DNA from: Microbotryum violaceum
Taxonomy: Eukaryota
Assembly: GCA_001244265.2 (NCBI GenBank)
Contig: CDLV01000005.1
Location: 1,302,001 to 1,366,000 of the forward strand
Length of the DNA stretch: 64,000 nucleotides
Reading direction: 5' to 3'
Shown piece by piece: positions 12,801 through 25,992 of the stretch. Below the pieces are notes generated by a model that worked only from the letters and a program-made list of their open reading frames with translations, was not told the origin of the DNA and did no database searches. The first letter of the stretch is position 1. Each line of letters opens with the position of its first letter. The translations under genes and the position numbers were made by a program.

Positions 12801-15163
12801 GCCGTCAAAACCTTCTTCTTAGGTTTCTGCGGAACCCTGACCAAACCCGTATAAATCGCGATCTTCTTCCTTTCGTCCCATGCGTAATCGTCCTTGTAAA
12901 CCGGGGGAGGCTTCATCTTGGGATGAATGAGCCGAGGTCCGGAACGCAATTCGAGGTCTGACAAGAGACGATTCGGGTTGAGGGTAGATGAGGAGGAAGG
13001 GGAAGGGTGGCGTGAGTTAGTTCCTCCTGCTGTGACGGAGATGGGTGTAGGCGTAAGGGAGCGATTCGCTCGGTTCGAATGAAGGTTCAAGGGTAATGAA
13101 CTTGATCTAGTTCGCGTCGATGACCGCACTTTCAAAGCGTTGATCAACTGATTCGTCACCGACGTCGAAGGGGTCGAATTCGTTCCAACACCACCACCAC
13201 CATTCAAGGAAGTCGAAGCGTGGTTGTCCGTCTCCGTTGCTCGAACAGACGACATCCTCCTCGTCCCGTATCGACTCTCCGGTCTGGGAGAACCAGGGTG
13301 AGGTGAACTCGTCGAGGATTCCCCTCCTTCGTGATCCGAGACGATCGTGGTCGTGTTGGCGAGTTTGGAGAGAGGGATCACTGGTGGGTTCACGAGAGAT
13401 GCTTGGGTCGCTTGCGAGGAAAGTTTTTTGGCTCCTCGGGCGGGTTTGGGGGTGAAAAACCCGCGTTTGAATCTGAACGAGTGGGGATGTGATGAGGACT
13501 CTTTACGTATGGAAGAGCAGAATTCTCGTCGAACTCACTTCTCGCAGGTGGCGCACATGCAGCCCATGTTGTCGCGTTCAAAGTAGTGGATGCCTGAGGT
13601 CACGAAAGGGAGATCAGTGCCTCGTGGCACACTCTGCGGCCCTCTTACTTTTCATCCCGGCACTGACCATAATGCGTAAAGATCTCCTCGTCGGGTTGAA
13701 TATCCTCGACGACTTTGAAGGACATGACGTTCCCGACGAGATAAAACTCGACGTTGTTCCTACAATCGTGCTGTCGAGTCGAAAAAAGCGCACCGTCAAC
13801 TCGATCCACCTTCTCCCAAGTACGTCCACCCCATTCCATTCCCCCGTATAAGACCCACTCACATTAACGAACCTCGCCGGTCCCAACAATAAACAAAAGC
13901 ACTTTTTCCTCTCCGACCAAAGGATGGAGAAATCGGACCTGCCTCCATTCTCCCTCATCTCATCATCATCCTCGTCGGTCAAATCGGCAATACCGCCTTG
14001 TAACCTAATGATCTCCCCCTTCTGAAAGGGCCGTGTGGCGAACACGCCTACTTCGATAAAATTATTCTTGGGAGGGGTGGGACCATGCGAAGTGGAAGGT
14101 TGGAGGAGGTTCAGAGCGATCGAAGAATCGGCGGGGGACAAACGGGGTAGGGCGACGACGCCTGCTGCGTTCGTAGGGAGGAGGGATCGGATCGAGGAGA
14201 AGGTGGACGGTTTGCGCTGTTTCTTGGCGTACCTGTATCACGAATGGTCAATCGCTCGAGCTTCGTTCGGAGGGGAATGTGCACGCTCATTCGTATGCTC
14301 ACCTGTTGGTCTCGTGGAAGGCGATGCCCGTATCGGGTCTCAAGGCCGCGGCGTAGCGTTTGAGATGGGTCTTGAAGATGTCATAGTCGTCGTCCTCGTA
14401 CTTGTTCATGAAATTTTTGAACACGTTGATGCTGAAACGTAGACCAAATCAAGTTGTCAACGATCACGCTCCGGAGCGTGGACGGGGCCCGGCACGGCGG
14501 TTTCCTCCCCGCGGCTGGTGAAGTTGAGGGCGTGGCTTGCCCGCCTCGCCTCGCCTGGACCGGGATCACTCCGATCAAAGCGACTACGCTGCTCCCGCAA
14601 GCCCATTGGGTGTAGGAAACTCACGTGCATAGTTCCTCTGTCGCTTCCGTAGCGGTCAATTCGGCTTTCCTCAACTTTGAATCACGAGAAAGATTTGAGA
14701 TCAGTGAACCGGAGCGCGATTGCCGGCGTTCGAAAAGGCCGGTCGGTGATCAATGTAGCGGAGGCAGGCGAAAGATTCGATCCCCTCCATCGTCGATCCT
14801 ACATTCAACATCCAACATCCAACACCCCAACCTTCCACTCCAGCCCAGCCCAACCACACCCCTCCGCACTCACCCTTTTGACGACTTTCAACACCTGTTC
14901 GAGGTCAGGTTGCCTCAACCTCGTCTCGGCGCGATCGTGGCGATCGATCTTGCCCGTCCTACGCCCCGACACGCGATCTTCTTGGAAAACGCAAATGTCC
15001 AAGATCACTCGACTGATTACAGGGGAAGATGGAATCAGTTCAATTCAGTCAAGATGCGCAGCGAGAGAGGAATCGACAACCCCATTCCCTCCCCCTTCAG
15101 CTCGCAGGAGGAGAACTGGCTCGGGTCTCTGGCCATTCAAAGTGACGAAAAAACGAATCAAAG

Positions 15164-15215
<52 letters not shown>

Positions 15216-15427
15216 CTCACGTGCAGATATCATCCGCATCAGCAAGGAATTTGAAATCCAACGCCGCGTTCGAGTGAAATCCCTTTTTGTGAACGCACGG
15301 AAAAAGCTCTTCTCACTAGTTAGCTCCCCCCGTGTGCCGAGATTCGGAAAGTTGATCGACGCTCTCCCTCCCTCCTCTCCCTTTGATCGCCAACAAAAAA
15401 AAAAACAGGACGTACCACGAGCGCCAT
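9868..15427 (-). CDS. SET9: Set9/KMT5 histone H4K20 methyltransferase with very long low-complexity C-terminal extension, multi-exon
   Basis: Inferred ATG at 15427 (MALV|GFHSNAALDFKFLADADDICT). SET domain DFSILWSERKKCFCLLLGPARFVN|HDC..N...EIFTHYG and post-SET HYFERDNMGCMCATCE. Spliced in frame into ORF 11228-13393, then via intron 11165-11231 (GTAAGT...AACAG) into ORF 9868-11220. Confidence 0.85.
12399..12490 (-). repeat. (GAG/GAA)n trinucleotide repeat encoding a poly-Glu tract in Set9
   Basis: tcctcctcttcctcc array; translates to EEEEYDEEEEEEEE... Confidence 0.9.
15163..15200. repeat. Poly(A) homopolymer of about 38 nt (poly-T on the sense strand, inside a Set9 intron)
   Basis: Seen directly; lies just downstream of the GTGAGT donor at ~15220 on the minus strand. 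Confidence 0.9.
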
Positions 15428-15789
15428 GACCTATTGACCTCTTCTCAAGAGTATTCCCGAGACGGATGACCAATGGTGGGAAAGGGCGCAAAGGTCGATC
15501 GGCCGAATGGATCTGAGCGGTATGAGCTTGGCGAGAGTGAGAGAACGAAGGGAGAGAGGGAGCTCCAGCCTCTCGTCCTCAGCGGCCACGAAAGCCGAGA
15601 GCCGAGCGGGCTCGAGCGGGGGCGTTCACGTTGGCGCCCGAGCTCGGTCGCAGCTTTTTCAACTTGGGGCAGAGATAGCACAGATGGCGTACAGAACCAT
15701 ACAAGAAAAATACTTAGCAACAGCGAGAAAGGAGAACAAGCTACCTAACAAGTTTCAAGCATAATCAAAAGTCGGATAATCGTGAACCC

Positions 15790-18292
15790 CTATCCGACCA
15801 TCGCACCGCCTCCACCCAGCCCACTCCCCACCACTCCGCCACTCTTCACATTCTGAATCAACTTGGTCACGACGCCGAGTGCCTTGGTCCTTCCTTCCCT
15901 GAACAAGAACCGATCCCCAACACGGATGAATTCGGCGTGTTTGATGAACCGGAATTGAACCCTGCGCGGAAGGATGGCTTAGTGCTTGGGTCTTGGTTCA
16001 AAAGCTCATGTGCGCGAACTCACGTCGCCCTGTCCCCCGTCCTGATACAAGCCTTATCGACAATAGCCTCGATCTGTACCGTCTGTCGAATAGGCCCGAG
16101 GTGCATCATGGCTGAATGCATTGAAATCGGGAATGGACCACAACCCTAGAGTCAGTCCTTGGTGGGGTGTGACGACCATACAAAGTTATTGACGTACCTT
16201 GGTAATGGGATGAAATCAAGGTGTTGTGATACAGGATCAAGACTTGACCTTCGAACCTGGAAACGGCCACGGGTGGAATCTCGGTCTTGGCCAGCAGGAC
16301 CATACCTGTCACAACCAAACCAATCATGCATCAGTGTCTTTGATCCCTGCACCCACTCGACCAACTTTGAATCGACCCACCTTTCCTAATTTGACTCCTC
16401 TTGATCCTCTTCAACGCGAATGAGACTGACTGTCCGGCCTCGGCCCTATTCACGTTGACCCTCTTCCTCTGAATACTCTTCACCGCCGTCGTCACAAACC
16501 CACCCAACGAATCCGGGCCCAACAAGACCGTATCGCCGACATTGACCACCCCACTCATGATGGTCCCACTTGTGACCGCGCCTACGAACGGTACGGAGAA
16601 TACGTCCGAGATGGAGAATTCGAAATCGGCGTCGAGGGGGAAATGGGCTTTGGAAGCGATCGGAGCGACGTTGAGGAAAGTTTTGATCAGGTTCAGTCCT
16701 TGACCGGTGACGTTCGAGACAAGAAAGATGGGGCACGCTTTGGCTTGAGCGAACGAACAGGCCAGTTCACAGGCCATACCAGGATCTTTGACGAAAACGG
16801 GGGTTTTGCGACACCCGGGAGAGCGAAGGATCTTGACGAGTTGTTTGATCGTTTGTTCGAGTACGTGCGCGGGGGTCGAATCAATTTTGGTCACCACACA
16901 CACGACGGGCACGGAAAGTGCCAACGCGACAGAGAGATGTTCTTTGCTCATCCCGATCAATCCTGCGTTCGCCCCGACGATCAAGAGCACGAAATCGGGT
17001 GAGGTCGCGGTCAGACCGAAAAGCGTGGTCTTGAGGTACCTCTCGTGTCCGGCCAGATCAGAGAAACTGATAACTTTGCTCGCCCTGGCCGAGATCTCTT
17101 CCCATGACAATTGTTGCTTCCTCAAGCCCGTACCCTGTTGGAATACGGGTGTTTCGGGCTCGGGTGATGTTGAAGCTGCGGGGATGGGGTGGGTTGATTT
17201 CTCGAGTAGGGCCGCATGAGCAGCTTCGGGCATGACGGCTTGACCTTTAGAGGTGAACCCAAGCAATTCCATCCCGACCGACGAGGTCCTGCCCGATTCG
17301 ATCTCATGCTTGTGACGAAAGAGGGAAACGCGAGCTCTCCCCCTGCCATCGTCCAAGCGTCCCTTGGTGAGTACGCCCAACAAACTCGATTTACCGGCAT
17401 CGACATTCCCGACGACGGCGACCCTGACCTCGTTCAAATCCTGTGCGCTCTCGGCGATTTTGCGGACCAAGATTCTCAGGGCCTTGTTGCTCCACCTTTG
17501 GGTGGTGGCTTCGTCATTGACTGCGCTTGGGGTGGTGGTCAATTCCGGTGGATTTGGCCGTGTATCGAGGTGTGCTTCGTCAAAGGGGTTGTGGAGGACC
17601 GAGGCGTCGGCGCCAATCTCGTGCGCAAGGGTCTGGATCGTTTCGACAATCTGCTTGACCTGGAGCGGCGTGGGTGGAGGTGGCTCCGAGTCGGCGGGTA
17701 AGGATGACTCGGGAACGTCAAACAGAGACGAGAGGGATGTAGAGGTGAGGTTGTGTGATCCAAAGTGAAGTTCGAGTTCACCGTGCTGGAGATGGAGCGT
17801 ACGAGCGAGCAGGGAGGCGAGCGCGGCGTTGGATCGCTCGGTGGGGGTGAGCAGTCGGTCCTGTGCGAGAAATGCAAGGTGTGTTAGTCTTGATCTCGCC
17901 GTGTATGGGGTTTCAGGGTCCTGACTCACCCTCAACGGTCTCGGATCCTCGTCGTCGTCGTCGACCACCTCCGCATTGTTATCGGTTTGCTCCATGAGGT
18001 GGTGCGAGTCGGCAAGTGGGGTAGCGGCATCCGCTCCCACGTTGACCTGGCCCGTTCCCCCCAGGCTCAGTTTGGCCAACTTGTCCTGCACGGTACTCTG
18101 ACTGTGGAGATGGTGATGATGAGCCTGGACCCTGGCCATGGCCTCCTTCTGGTGGGCCTGTTCGAGTTGATCCTGGAACTGCTTGAGCGAAGTCCGTTCG
18201 GTCGGCGGTAAGGGAGTCGCAGAGAGCAGTCGTTTCTCGTGCCGTGTGGTGCGAGGTGGGTTGAGCATGCTACTTGGTGTAGAGGTGGACAT
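15790..18292 (-). CDS. GTP-binding protein 1/2 (GTPBP1/2) family translational GTPase, multi-exon
   Basis: G1 VGNVDAGKS, RHKHEIESGRTSSVG, G3 DLAGHERYLKTT, G4 TKID, domain II VPFVGAVTSG, C-terminal FLFREGRTKALGVV. Stop inferred at 15790. Confidence 0.93.
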
Positions 18293-18726
18293 GGTCGGAG
18301 GGAGGACGGTCAGCGTGTACGAGCACAGGAAGCGGGAAGCAAGGAGAGGAGAGGAGCGAAGAGGCCTAACAATACTCGGCGCTGAGCGAGTTTGAATCAA
18401 GCACTAATCTATGCGCCTAATCTAAGCTAATCAACGCCTTTGACCATCGCCGGCCGGTGCGCATTGAGTCAAACCGACGGCGCGTGTGCCCCATTTGACG
18501 CGTGTGGGGGACCATTTTTCGAACCCGAACCCTGGGGCGTTTATTTTGGAGCGTTGTTTCTTCGTGTCAGAAAGCGACTCAGCACTAGAAAAGCCACTAT
18601 TAATTCCACTGCATTAGACTCGCCGCTGCCGGGGCGTGCAGGCTTCTCGATCGCGAGTGTCAGTTCAAGGTGCTCCAGATATCCGATCGCGAGCTCCGAG
18701 TCGATCACCCCCACACCGCATCTACG

Positions 18727-18897
18727 GCTCACCCCGTCGTCAGCCCCTGCTCAGCAGCTCAGCTCGGCTCAGCTCAGCTCTGCTCACCCCGTCGTCAGCC
18801 CCTGCTCAGCAGCTCAGCTCAGCTCTGCTCAGCTCTGCTCAGCTCTGCTCAGCTCTGCTCAGCTCTGCTCAGCTCTGCTCAGCTCTGCTCTGCTCTG
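18727..18897 (+). repeat. 55-bp-period duplication followed by a (CTCAG/CTCTG)n pentamer-decamer microsatellite
   Basis: gctcaccccgtcgtcagcccctgctcagcagctcagctc at 18727 and 18782, then (agctctgctc)n to ~18897. Confidence 0.92.
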
Positions 18898-18979
18898 CCC
18901 TCCTAGCACAGCCCTCACCCACCCTCCAAATGACATCACCTCCATAAGCTACTCCTCCTCTCTTCCCCCCCTTTCCACC

Positions 18980-21125
18980 ATGTCCCAACCCGGCCGTCGT
19001 ACACCCTCTTCAGTGCGAGCGAATCGATTAGCTCGAGCGAGTCAGGTCCAACTCGAAGCAGAAGAAGAGCGCCTTCCCGTGCTACAAGAGACGCAAGAAG
19101 CGCATCGCCAGCCACAACAATCGGATCCCGATCATCTCCCCCACGACAACGATGACGAAGATGATGACGAGCAAGTACCTGCTCTACCTGCTCTCCCACA
19201 TCAAGACCCAGACGAAGCACCTCCTTCGTCACCTGCCTCCCGCCCAGTAGAAAACCTTTCCCTCCCCCGCCAAGCCCTGCAAGCCCTGCAATACCTCGAT
19301 CACCAAGCCGGACAAGCCATGGCGCTCAATAGGGCCTACCAGAAGAAATTGGTCGCGAGGATGTCCAAGTTGGCCGAGAGGGACGAGCAGTTGAATAGGT
19401 TCAAGGTGCGCTCATCTCATGCGAGGTCGGACAGCGATGTACGCGCTTGTTGATGTGTACACTGTTTCCTATTTTGAAGCTCTTGTTGGACTCGATCGTC
19501 TACGACGAAAATCAGGAAGCACCACCTCAAAGCGAGGACGAAGAAGAAGGAGACGACCACGACCACGACCAGCAGGCCCATCCTCAAAACCTTCCTGCCG
19601 CCAAAGTCAAGATCGTCGCCAATGGCTTCAAAGAGGTCGCATTACCTTGGTTCAAGCATTTCCATGGTCAGGTACGTTCCGACGCAGAAGCCGTGCTATC
19701 ATCTCGCCCCGGGAAGAGCTGACTCTTTCTCTCGCGCGACACAACAGTCCCTCCCACCTAATCGAGATGCCAAAATCAAAGAAGCCTATTTAACTTTGAC
19801 CAAGTTTCATGCCTGTGCGTTCCCCAGCTGCACCGGGATTCATCGAGAGTTGTTAAGAGCTGAAATGGGTCCGTATCACACTCGCAACAGGGTCCGCCTC
19901 GGATCGTCTTCGCCTCAAACAAGAAGTCGCGACTCAACTCTCGCGTCGCCAACATTTGCAAGACCAGGATCACGAGTCAGTTCTGGACTCATTGTCCGCG
20001 CGGCAACGCGTTTACTGACCATAGAGACGGCTTGGAGCAATCCAGCAGTGCCCCGATTGATCCTCTCGACCCCAAGTGGATGGCCGATTCGATCGATTGG
20101 GATGCGATTGCCCTCGTCGTAAGTTAGAACCGACTCGCTCACCCCTCCTGCGAAAACCTAACCGCCTTTCCCTCTCCCCACTAGTTCCCACGCCACACCT
20201 CCATCGACTGTCGTCTCCAATACTTACAACACGACCACCCTCGAATCAACGTCCAACCCTGGACCTCGACCGAACTCGAGCGTCTCTACACCCTCCACGA
20301 AACCCTGCCCCGACCTACCAATCTCTCGACCCTGAGCACCGAACTAGGCACTCACCGTACCCCCTCCGATTGTCTACGCCAACTCCGTCGAAAACCTTAC
20401 CACTCCCTTCCCCGACCTTTCGACGCCTCGGAAGATGCTAAACTTTTGCAAGGTATGACTTTGTACGGTCAAGATTGGCAAGCGCTTTCAGCGTACGTAG
20501 GACGTCCCGCCAACGCTTTGATCACACGTTGGACCAAAACTCTTCAACCCAATATAAAGAAAGGTAAATTCACTCCCGAAGAAGATGAATTACTCCTTCA
20601 AGCGGTTGAAAGATGGGGGACGAAGAAATGGAAAGAAGTTAGTTCGGTCGTTAGGTTTCGTACGGACGCGCAGTGTAGGGAGAGGTGGTTCAATCATTTG
20701 GATCCGGAGGTGAGGCAAAATAAGAAGAAGAGGTGGACGCAGAAGGAAGATGAGTTGTTGAGAAGGTTGAGAGCGGAGGGGATGGGCTGGAGCTTGTTGG
20801 CCAAGAGGTTCAAGGGTAGGACCGATAATGCGGTCAGTCTTTCTTTTGAGGAAGGAGTCTGTTGGCCTGGATGTTTCAACGTTTTCTGATGATCGTGGAG
20901 TAGTTCTTTCTACAGTGTTTGGTGAGGATGAAAACTATTGAAGCGCAGGCGAAACGGGCCAAAGCGAAAGCGGAAGCGGAAGCAGCTGATCAATCTGCTT
21001 CGAAAAAGAGGACCAAGAAGAGGGCTCAAGAGGGGGAGGAAGGACGAGCGGGGAAGAAGAAGAAGAACACTCAAGTGGAGATGGAGGTGGTGGAGAGTGA
21101 GAGTGAGAGTGAGGAGAATGAGTGA
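18980..21125 (+). CDS. Multi-Myb-repeat protein, SNAPC4/SNAP190-like, multi-exon
   Basis: Myb repeats (KKGKFTPEEDELLLQAVERWGTKKWKEVSSVVRFRTDAQCRERW; KKRWTQKEDELL...GRTDNA). N-terminal coiled coil ALNRAYQKKLVARM and LPWFKHFHGQ|SLPPNRDA resemble SNAPC4 N-terminal motifs. Confidence 0.75.
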
Positions 21126-21321
21126 TGAGTGAGTAGAGTTGGCTCACGAGATAGGATTCTCTATTTTTCCTCGTGGCAGCTCACTCGCTTGGTGATCGCT
21201 TCTTTCTTCGAGTTCTTGTTGTTGGTAAGGGCTCGGCAGCGTCTCGAATTTCATTCCGAGAAATGAAAATTTGCGTAAAACAAGAAAGAAAGAAGAACAG
21301 AAAAAGAAGCCTCTAATTCGC

Positions 21322-24300
21322 TCAAACACTCAAGCTCCTCAACCCGCTCCCACTTTCAACGCGCAAAGTCGATCTCCCTCGATAAGCGCTTGGGAACACG
21401 TCCCCACCACCCACACCGTTCCCCGTGCCTACCTCATCACTGCCCCGCGACGTCGTCGTAGAAAGGTCCAACCCTCTTCGGGGGTCGTAGACAGTGCGTT
21501 TGGGTTTTTTGTAGGTCCAGCCCTGGTTCAAATGCAAGTGGCATAAAGGTCAGAGTCAGCCTCTGCCCCAAACTTGTTTGGGGGCTTCGATCCATAATTC
21601 ATGTAACAGCTCACTTGGAACGCCAACCCCTTCCTAGCATCCAACAACATCTGCCCATGCTCAACGTGCTTCAACAAGGGATCCCTCGTCGTATCGGGCG
21701 CGGGAATGCCCGGAGCAATCTCAGGCGGCGGGAGAGGGTTCTAGGTTTGGGGTGGACGGGAAAGGACCAGGTGAATCTTTGGGGGCTTCTTGGTATGAAG
21801 AAAAGGTGATAAGCTTACCGCATCGATGTCCTCCTCGAAATACCTCGTATCCGTTGACGAAGTCAAGCAAGGTACGAAAGGGGGTGTTTGGAGATGCAAG
21901 GTGGGAAAATCGATGCCTCGGAACCAAGGGTGAGCCTGTGGCAGAGGTCGAACTGGAATCAGCTCTCATTTGGTTTTACTTCCAGACCACAAAGGGGGTC
22001 AAAAGCCATCAAGCCCCTAGCTCACCTTGATCTCCTCCGCCCCATCCCCAGCCCCACCCGGTTCGGCCTGCCCTCTCATTGCTGCCCCGGTCGGACTCCT
22101 CAAGGACTCCATCATTGAATTCGGCCTATCTTTCGACACACTTCTCCTCGAACCCAGGCGATCTTCTCTCTCACAAATCAGACTCGTGATTAAATCCTGC
22201 GCTTCGCGGGAAATGCGAGGTGTCGATGGGAATCGGAGGTAGGAGCGCCAGTTTCGAATCTGGGGAATGGGAAGTGTTTAAAATAATCGGTGGGTCAGTC
22301 GATAAAAGGTAGAAAAATGATAATGGTTTTTTTGTTATACCTTTTGACGAGTTTGAGTCCGATTTTTGGACACGCTGTAAAGATGATGAGGCAGTCATAC
22401 TGAGCAAAGTTCTATCGACTGCATCTGCCATGAGAGCGGAGTGGAGAACTCACAAGGGAGGATAGCCATAGAGCATCTCGAACATGATGACGCCAAGTCT
22501 GAAACACTCGAAACAATCGGACATGATTCTTTAGCCAACCTCGACGCAGTTCCACCTCGGTGTTGGACTTACGACCACCAATCCGACTCAGCGCCATACC
22601 CATGACCCCTGAGCACCTCGACGGACATGTAATTGTTGGTCTAGCGGAATCGAGCGAGAAGATCAGCCCGTGTGCTGGAACACAGCACACTCTCCATCTT
22701 CCGGACTCACCCCAACGACCGAATAGGCCAACCTCCTTCGATTACGATCCCGCCAAGTCAATAAGCTGTCCTGAATGTCTTCAGCACCGTTCGACTCTTC
22801 TCTCTTAGGATCGAACAGGGGTTCGCCTCGAGGGAATTTACGGCCTTTGATGTTGGGTTCTTCGAGGTTTATACCGTGTTTGTAGAGCAAATCGCGACGT
22901 TGTTGGTCAAAGTAGGTGGCGTCGTGGGCCCAGTGGAAATCTGAGCGAGGAGGGGAGAAGAGAGGCTTAGCGTTGCGCTGGAAGGAAAAGCGCCTTATGC
23001 GTAAAAGGTGTACCGGTCGCAAGTCCAAAGTCAGAGATGGCAATGTGCCCATTGGAGTCAAACAGAAAGTTGTCGGGCTTGACCTGTATCACCGAATCGC
23101 AGATAAGCACGTCGGATACAACTTAAGCGCCGAGACGCACTCACATCACGATGGATCGCCCCAAGTACCGTATGCGTTTCTTGAATCGCGCAGATCATCT
23201 CGGCGATGTAAAACTTTGCGAACGGTTCCTTGAATGTATCTCGCTCGATCAGGAGGCTCAACAGATCTGTTGCGCAGCATTATCGAGGCGGTGAGTCGCG
23301 GAAGGCAGGCCTTTCACAACCGACATCTCTTCCTCACCTCCTCCTCCCATGTATGTCATTACGAGATACAAATGATCGACATCTTGGAACGAGTAGGCGA
23401 GTCGAACCGTCCATCTCGTCGATGTGGAAGCTGTCGCGAGCAAGTCCCGCTCGGCTCGAACGTGGCCTTCCTGACCTTTGCGGAGCATGCTACAGATGAA
23501 AATGACCACGAAAATCAGTAGGCTATTCCAAAAATTGTTCAAGTCTCGCACTGGTGTGACTTACTCTGCTTTCCTCAGCTGCTTCATGGCAAAAACCCTG
23601 ACCAAAGCCGAATACGAATACATCAGCAACCGTGAACTTATGAACTTGCCCCACCGACAGCACTCACTCGCCGGTCCCCCTCTCCTTGACCAAACTAACG
23701 ACCCCAAAAGCCCCATGTCCAATAGTCTTGAGTTTTACGAACGAATTGACCCCAACCCTCTGCCTCATCTCCCTCAAATACTCCGTCTCACTCAACTTCC
23801 AAGCCTCCCTCACGCATTGTCGTTGCTGATCATTCAAACTCAACCTCATCAACTCCTTCTCCAACAACAAGCGCCGCGTATCCCGATCACGAGGTTGTTT
23901 GAGGATGGCGTGGTATTTGGTCTCGAAGTAGACTTTGGCGGCGACGGCTTTTTCGATCGTCAACAGGGATGGGACGAATTTCGGTTCGGTAAAGGGCGGG
24001 TTGAGTGCATCGGGATCGTGGATGATTGTGTCGTCGTTTGAGGAGTCGTGTTCGTGCGAGAACGAGTGGTCAAAGTAGACTTCTTGTTGTGATGAAAGTG
24101 AGGAAGAACCAAAGTCGGGCAAGAGGGTTCGACCGCCGGGCGAGAAACGAGTGGTGCCCAGTCCCGCTCCAGTGACGTTATGTGGGGTGAGGTTCCGGTC
24201 ATGCATCTCCGGCTGCACGTCCTCTCCATCAAGAAAGGGCAAATTCTGTACCTCGAGCAAGCCCAAGAACGGTTCGTCCTCAATCGCCCCCGTCTCCGAA

Positions 24301-25992
24301 GGGACCGAAGAAGTGCTCAAAGGGAAAGGTGACATGGGACTCGAGCTAACGACTGAAGGCGGAAGACCGTTGACCACTTGGAGTCGACCTTCTGGCTGCG
24401 CATCGTTGCGAGCGGCTTGGACTTGGGCGATTCCGCGCGCTCGGGCTACCGTTCGTGTCGCCGCTTTAATGGGCTCGGCCCAGCCTCGTTCTGTCCGGAG
24501 AATGAGCACCAAGCTGCATTCAGGGAACTGATTCGATGAAATGGAACCCTGCGAGCGCACTCACGTCCAATCTTGCCTACCCCGTCCAGCTTCCATCGGC
24601 GCAGCAGGACCTCAGCCTGTTCAGCATCCGAGGCATGCACCAGATGGCTGCGTGGTAACTCAAACAGGTGTGGTCATTCAGTTGAAGCAGCACCCCTCTA
24701 CTCTTTTAAAGGAAAAAAGGAGAGACAACGCCGGAGCCAAAGACTCACGTAAATCCCTCGGGCCTCCCAATTAAACCCTTGTGAACCCCTTTGACCTTCC
24801 TCAACCCACCCCCATTGGGACCCCTTTGCATCTCCGGAGGCAGTGGGGCTTGATAATTCAGCCTCCTGTAACCACCTTGATCCCATTCCTGAATAGAACC
24901 ACCACCAAAAGCTGAAGGTGCGAGCGTCAGACCTGGTCCGACGATCCTCGAAAGGGGGTTGTAGAGCCTTGAACCAGTCGCGGCGAGCAGGTCCCAGAAC
25001 CCAGAGTGGACGAGGATGGAAGAGGAGGCTGCAAGAGGAATGTTCGAAGTTCGAGTATTGGAGAGTGGAGACTCGTATGCTCGGTGTAGGACCGTGGTCT
25101 CGTCCTTCAAGGGTGGTTTTGTAACTCGAGCGTTCGCTGTGGCAGAGACTTCGGGTCGGACTGGTATCGTCGACGGTGGTGGTGGTGATGGTGGAAGAGT
25201 AACAGCACACCCTCTGACGGTCGGGATCAAAGGCAAAGGGGGTGCATTGTTCCTCTGCGTCCTCGGAATGTTCGGCAAAGCACGATGAGCCAGCGAAGTC
25301 GGGCCTTGAGCGAGCTGTTGACCAACGAAGAAAGTTGATCGCGCCCCATCATCGATCGTACCTGACGAGAACCAATCACCCGGATCATTTGCAACAACAC
25401 GAGGTGAGGCCAAAGTGCTGATGCCGTAGACCGATTCAAGGGCTGTGACGGGTCGAGGGAAGCCGGGCGTTTCGAGAGGCGGACACGGCAGAGGGGGTCG
25501 TGTCGACATGGTTTGACCCCGCTTTGTGCTCGGCGAGGGACAGCGAACGCTAGACGAACCCACAGCGTTGCCAGCTGAAGTAGGGAGTTGAGGAAGGGGT
25601 CTCGAAGTGGTCCTGGGTTTGTGAAGACACGGATTCAAGAGATCGGGAGCAAAGATGCGGACGTTCGGGTCCGTGGTGCCGTTCACAGCCTTAGAGGCCC
25701 GGGCTCCGCTTCGATCGTCCATCGTTGCCGCCGGACTCGATCGCGGACTGGGACTAGCAGGCCCGGCACCGACCATGTTCGTTATCGTTATCATCGGCGT
25801 CCGTCGTAGTTCACTCCTGGTCAAGTTCTGCAGCTGCGTACTGACCGAACTGGATCCTGATGCGTCTCTTGTGATGTCGAGATCCATGTTCCCCAGTCGG
25901 TCGGGTTCGATCTGGGGTGCGACGTGGACCAGATTTGGATGTGGGGAAGGGACGGGGACCCGCCTCAATCGCCGATGGTTGGGAGTTTCCAT
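21322..25992 (-). CDS. AGC/NDR-family (Cbk1/Orb6-related) Ser/Thr protein kinase with long N-terminal extension, multi-exon
   Basis: NDR N-terminal regulatory region ([11 protein letters not shown]...ETEYLREMR), [48 protein letters not shown]. Start codon uncertain. Confidence 0.9.

Noticed and set aside
14625-15491. ORFs containing poly-Lys or poly-Phe
   Set aside because: They are translations of the intronic poly(A/T) tract in Set9.
18440-18979. N-terminal extension of ORF 18440-19453 with SSAQL repeats
   Set aside because: TTG start and translation of the microsatellite; the ATG at 18980 is the more plausible start.
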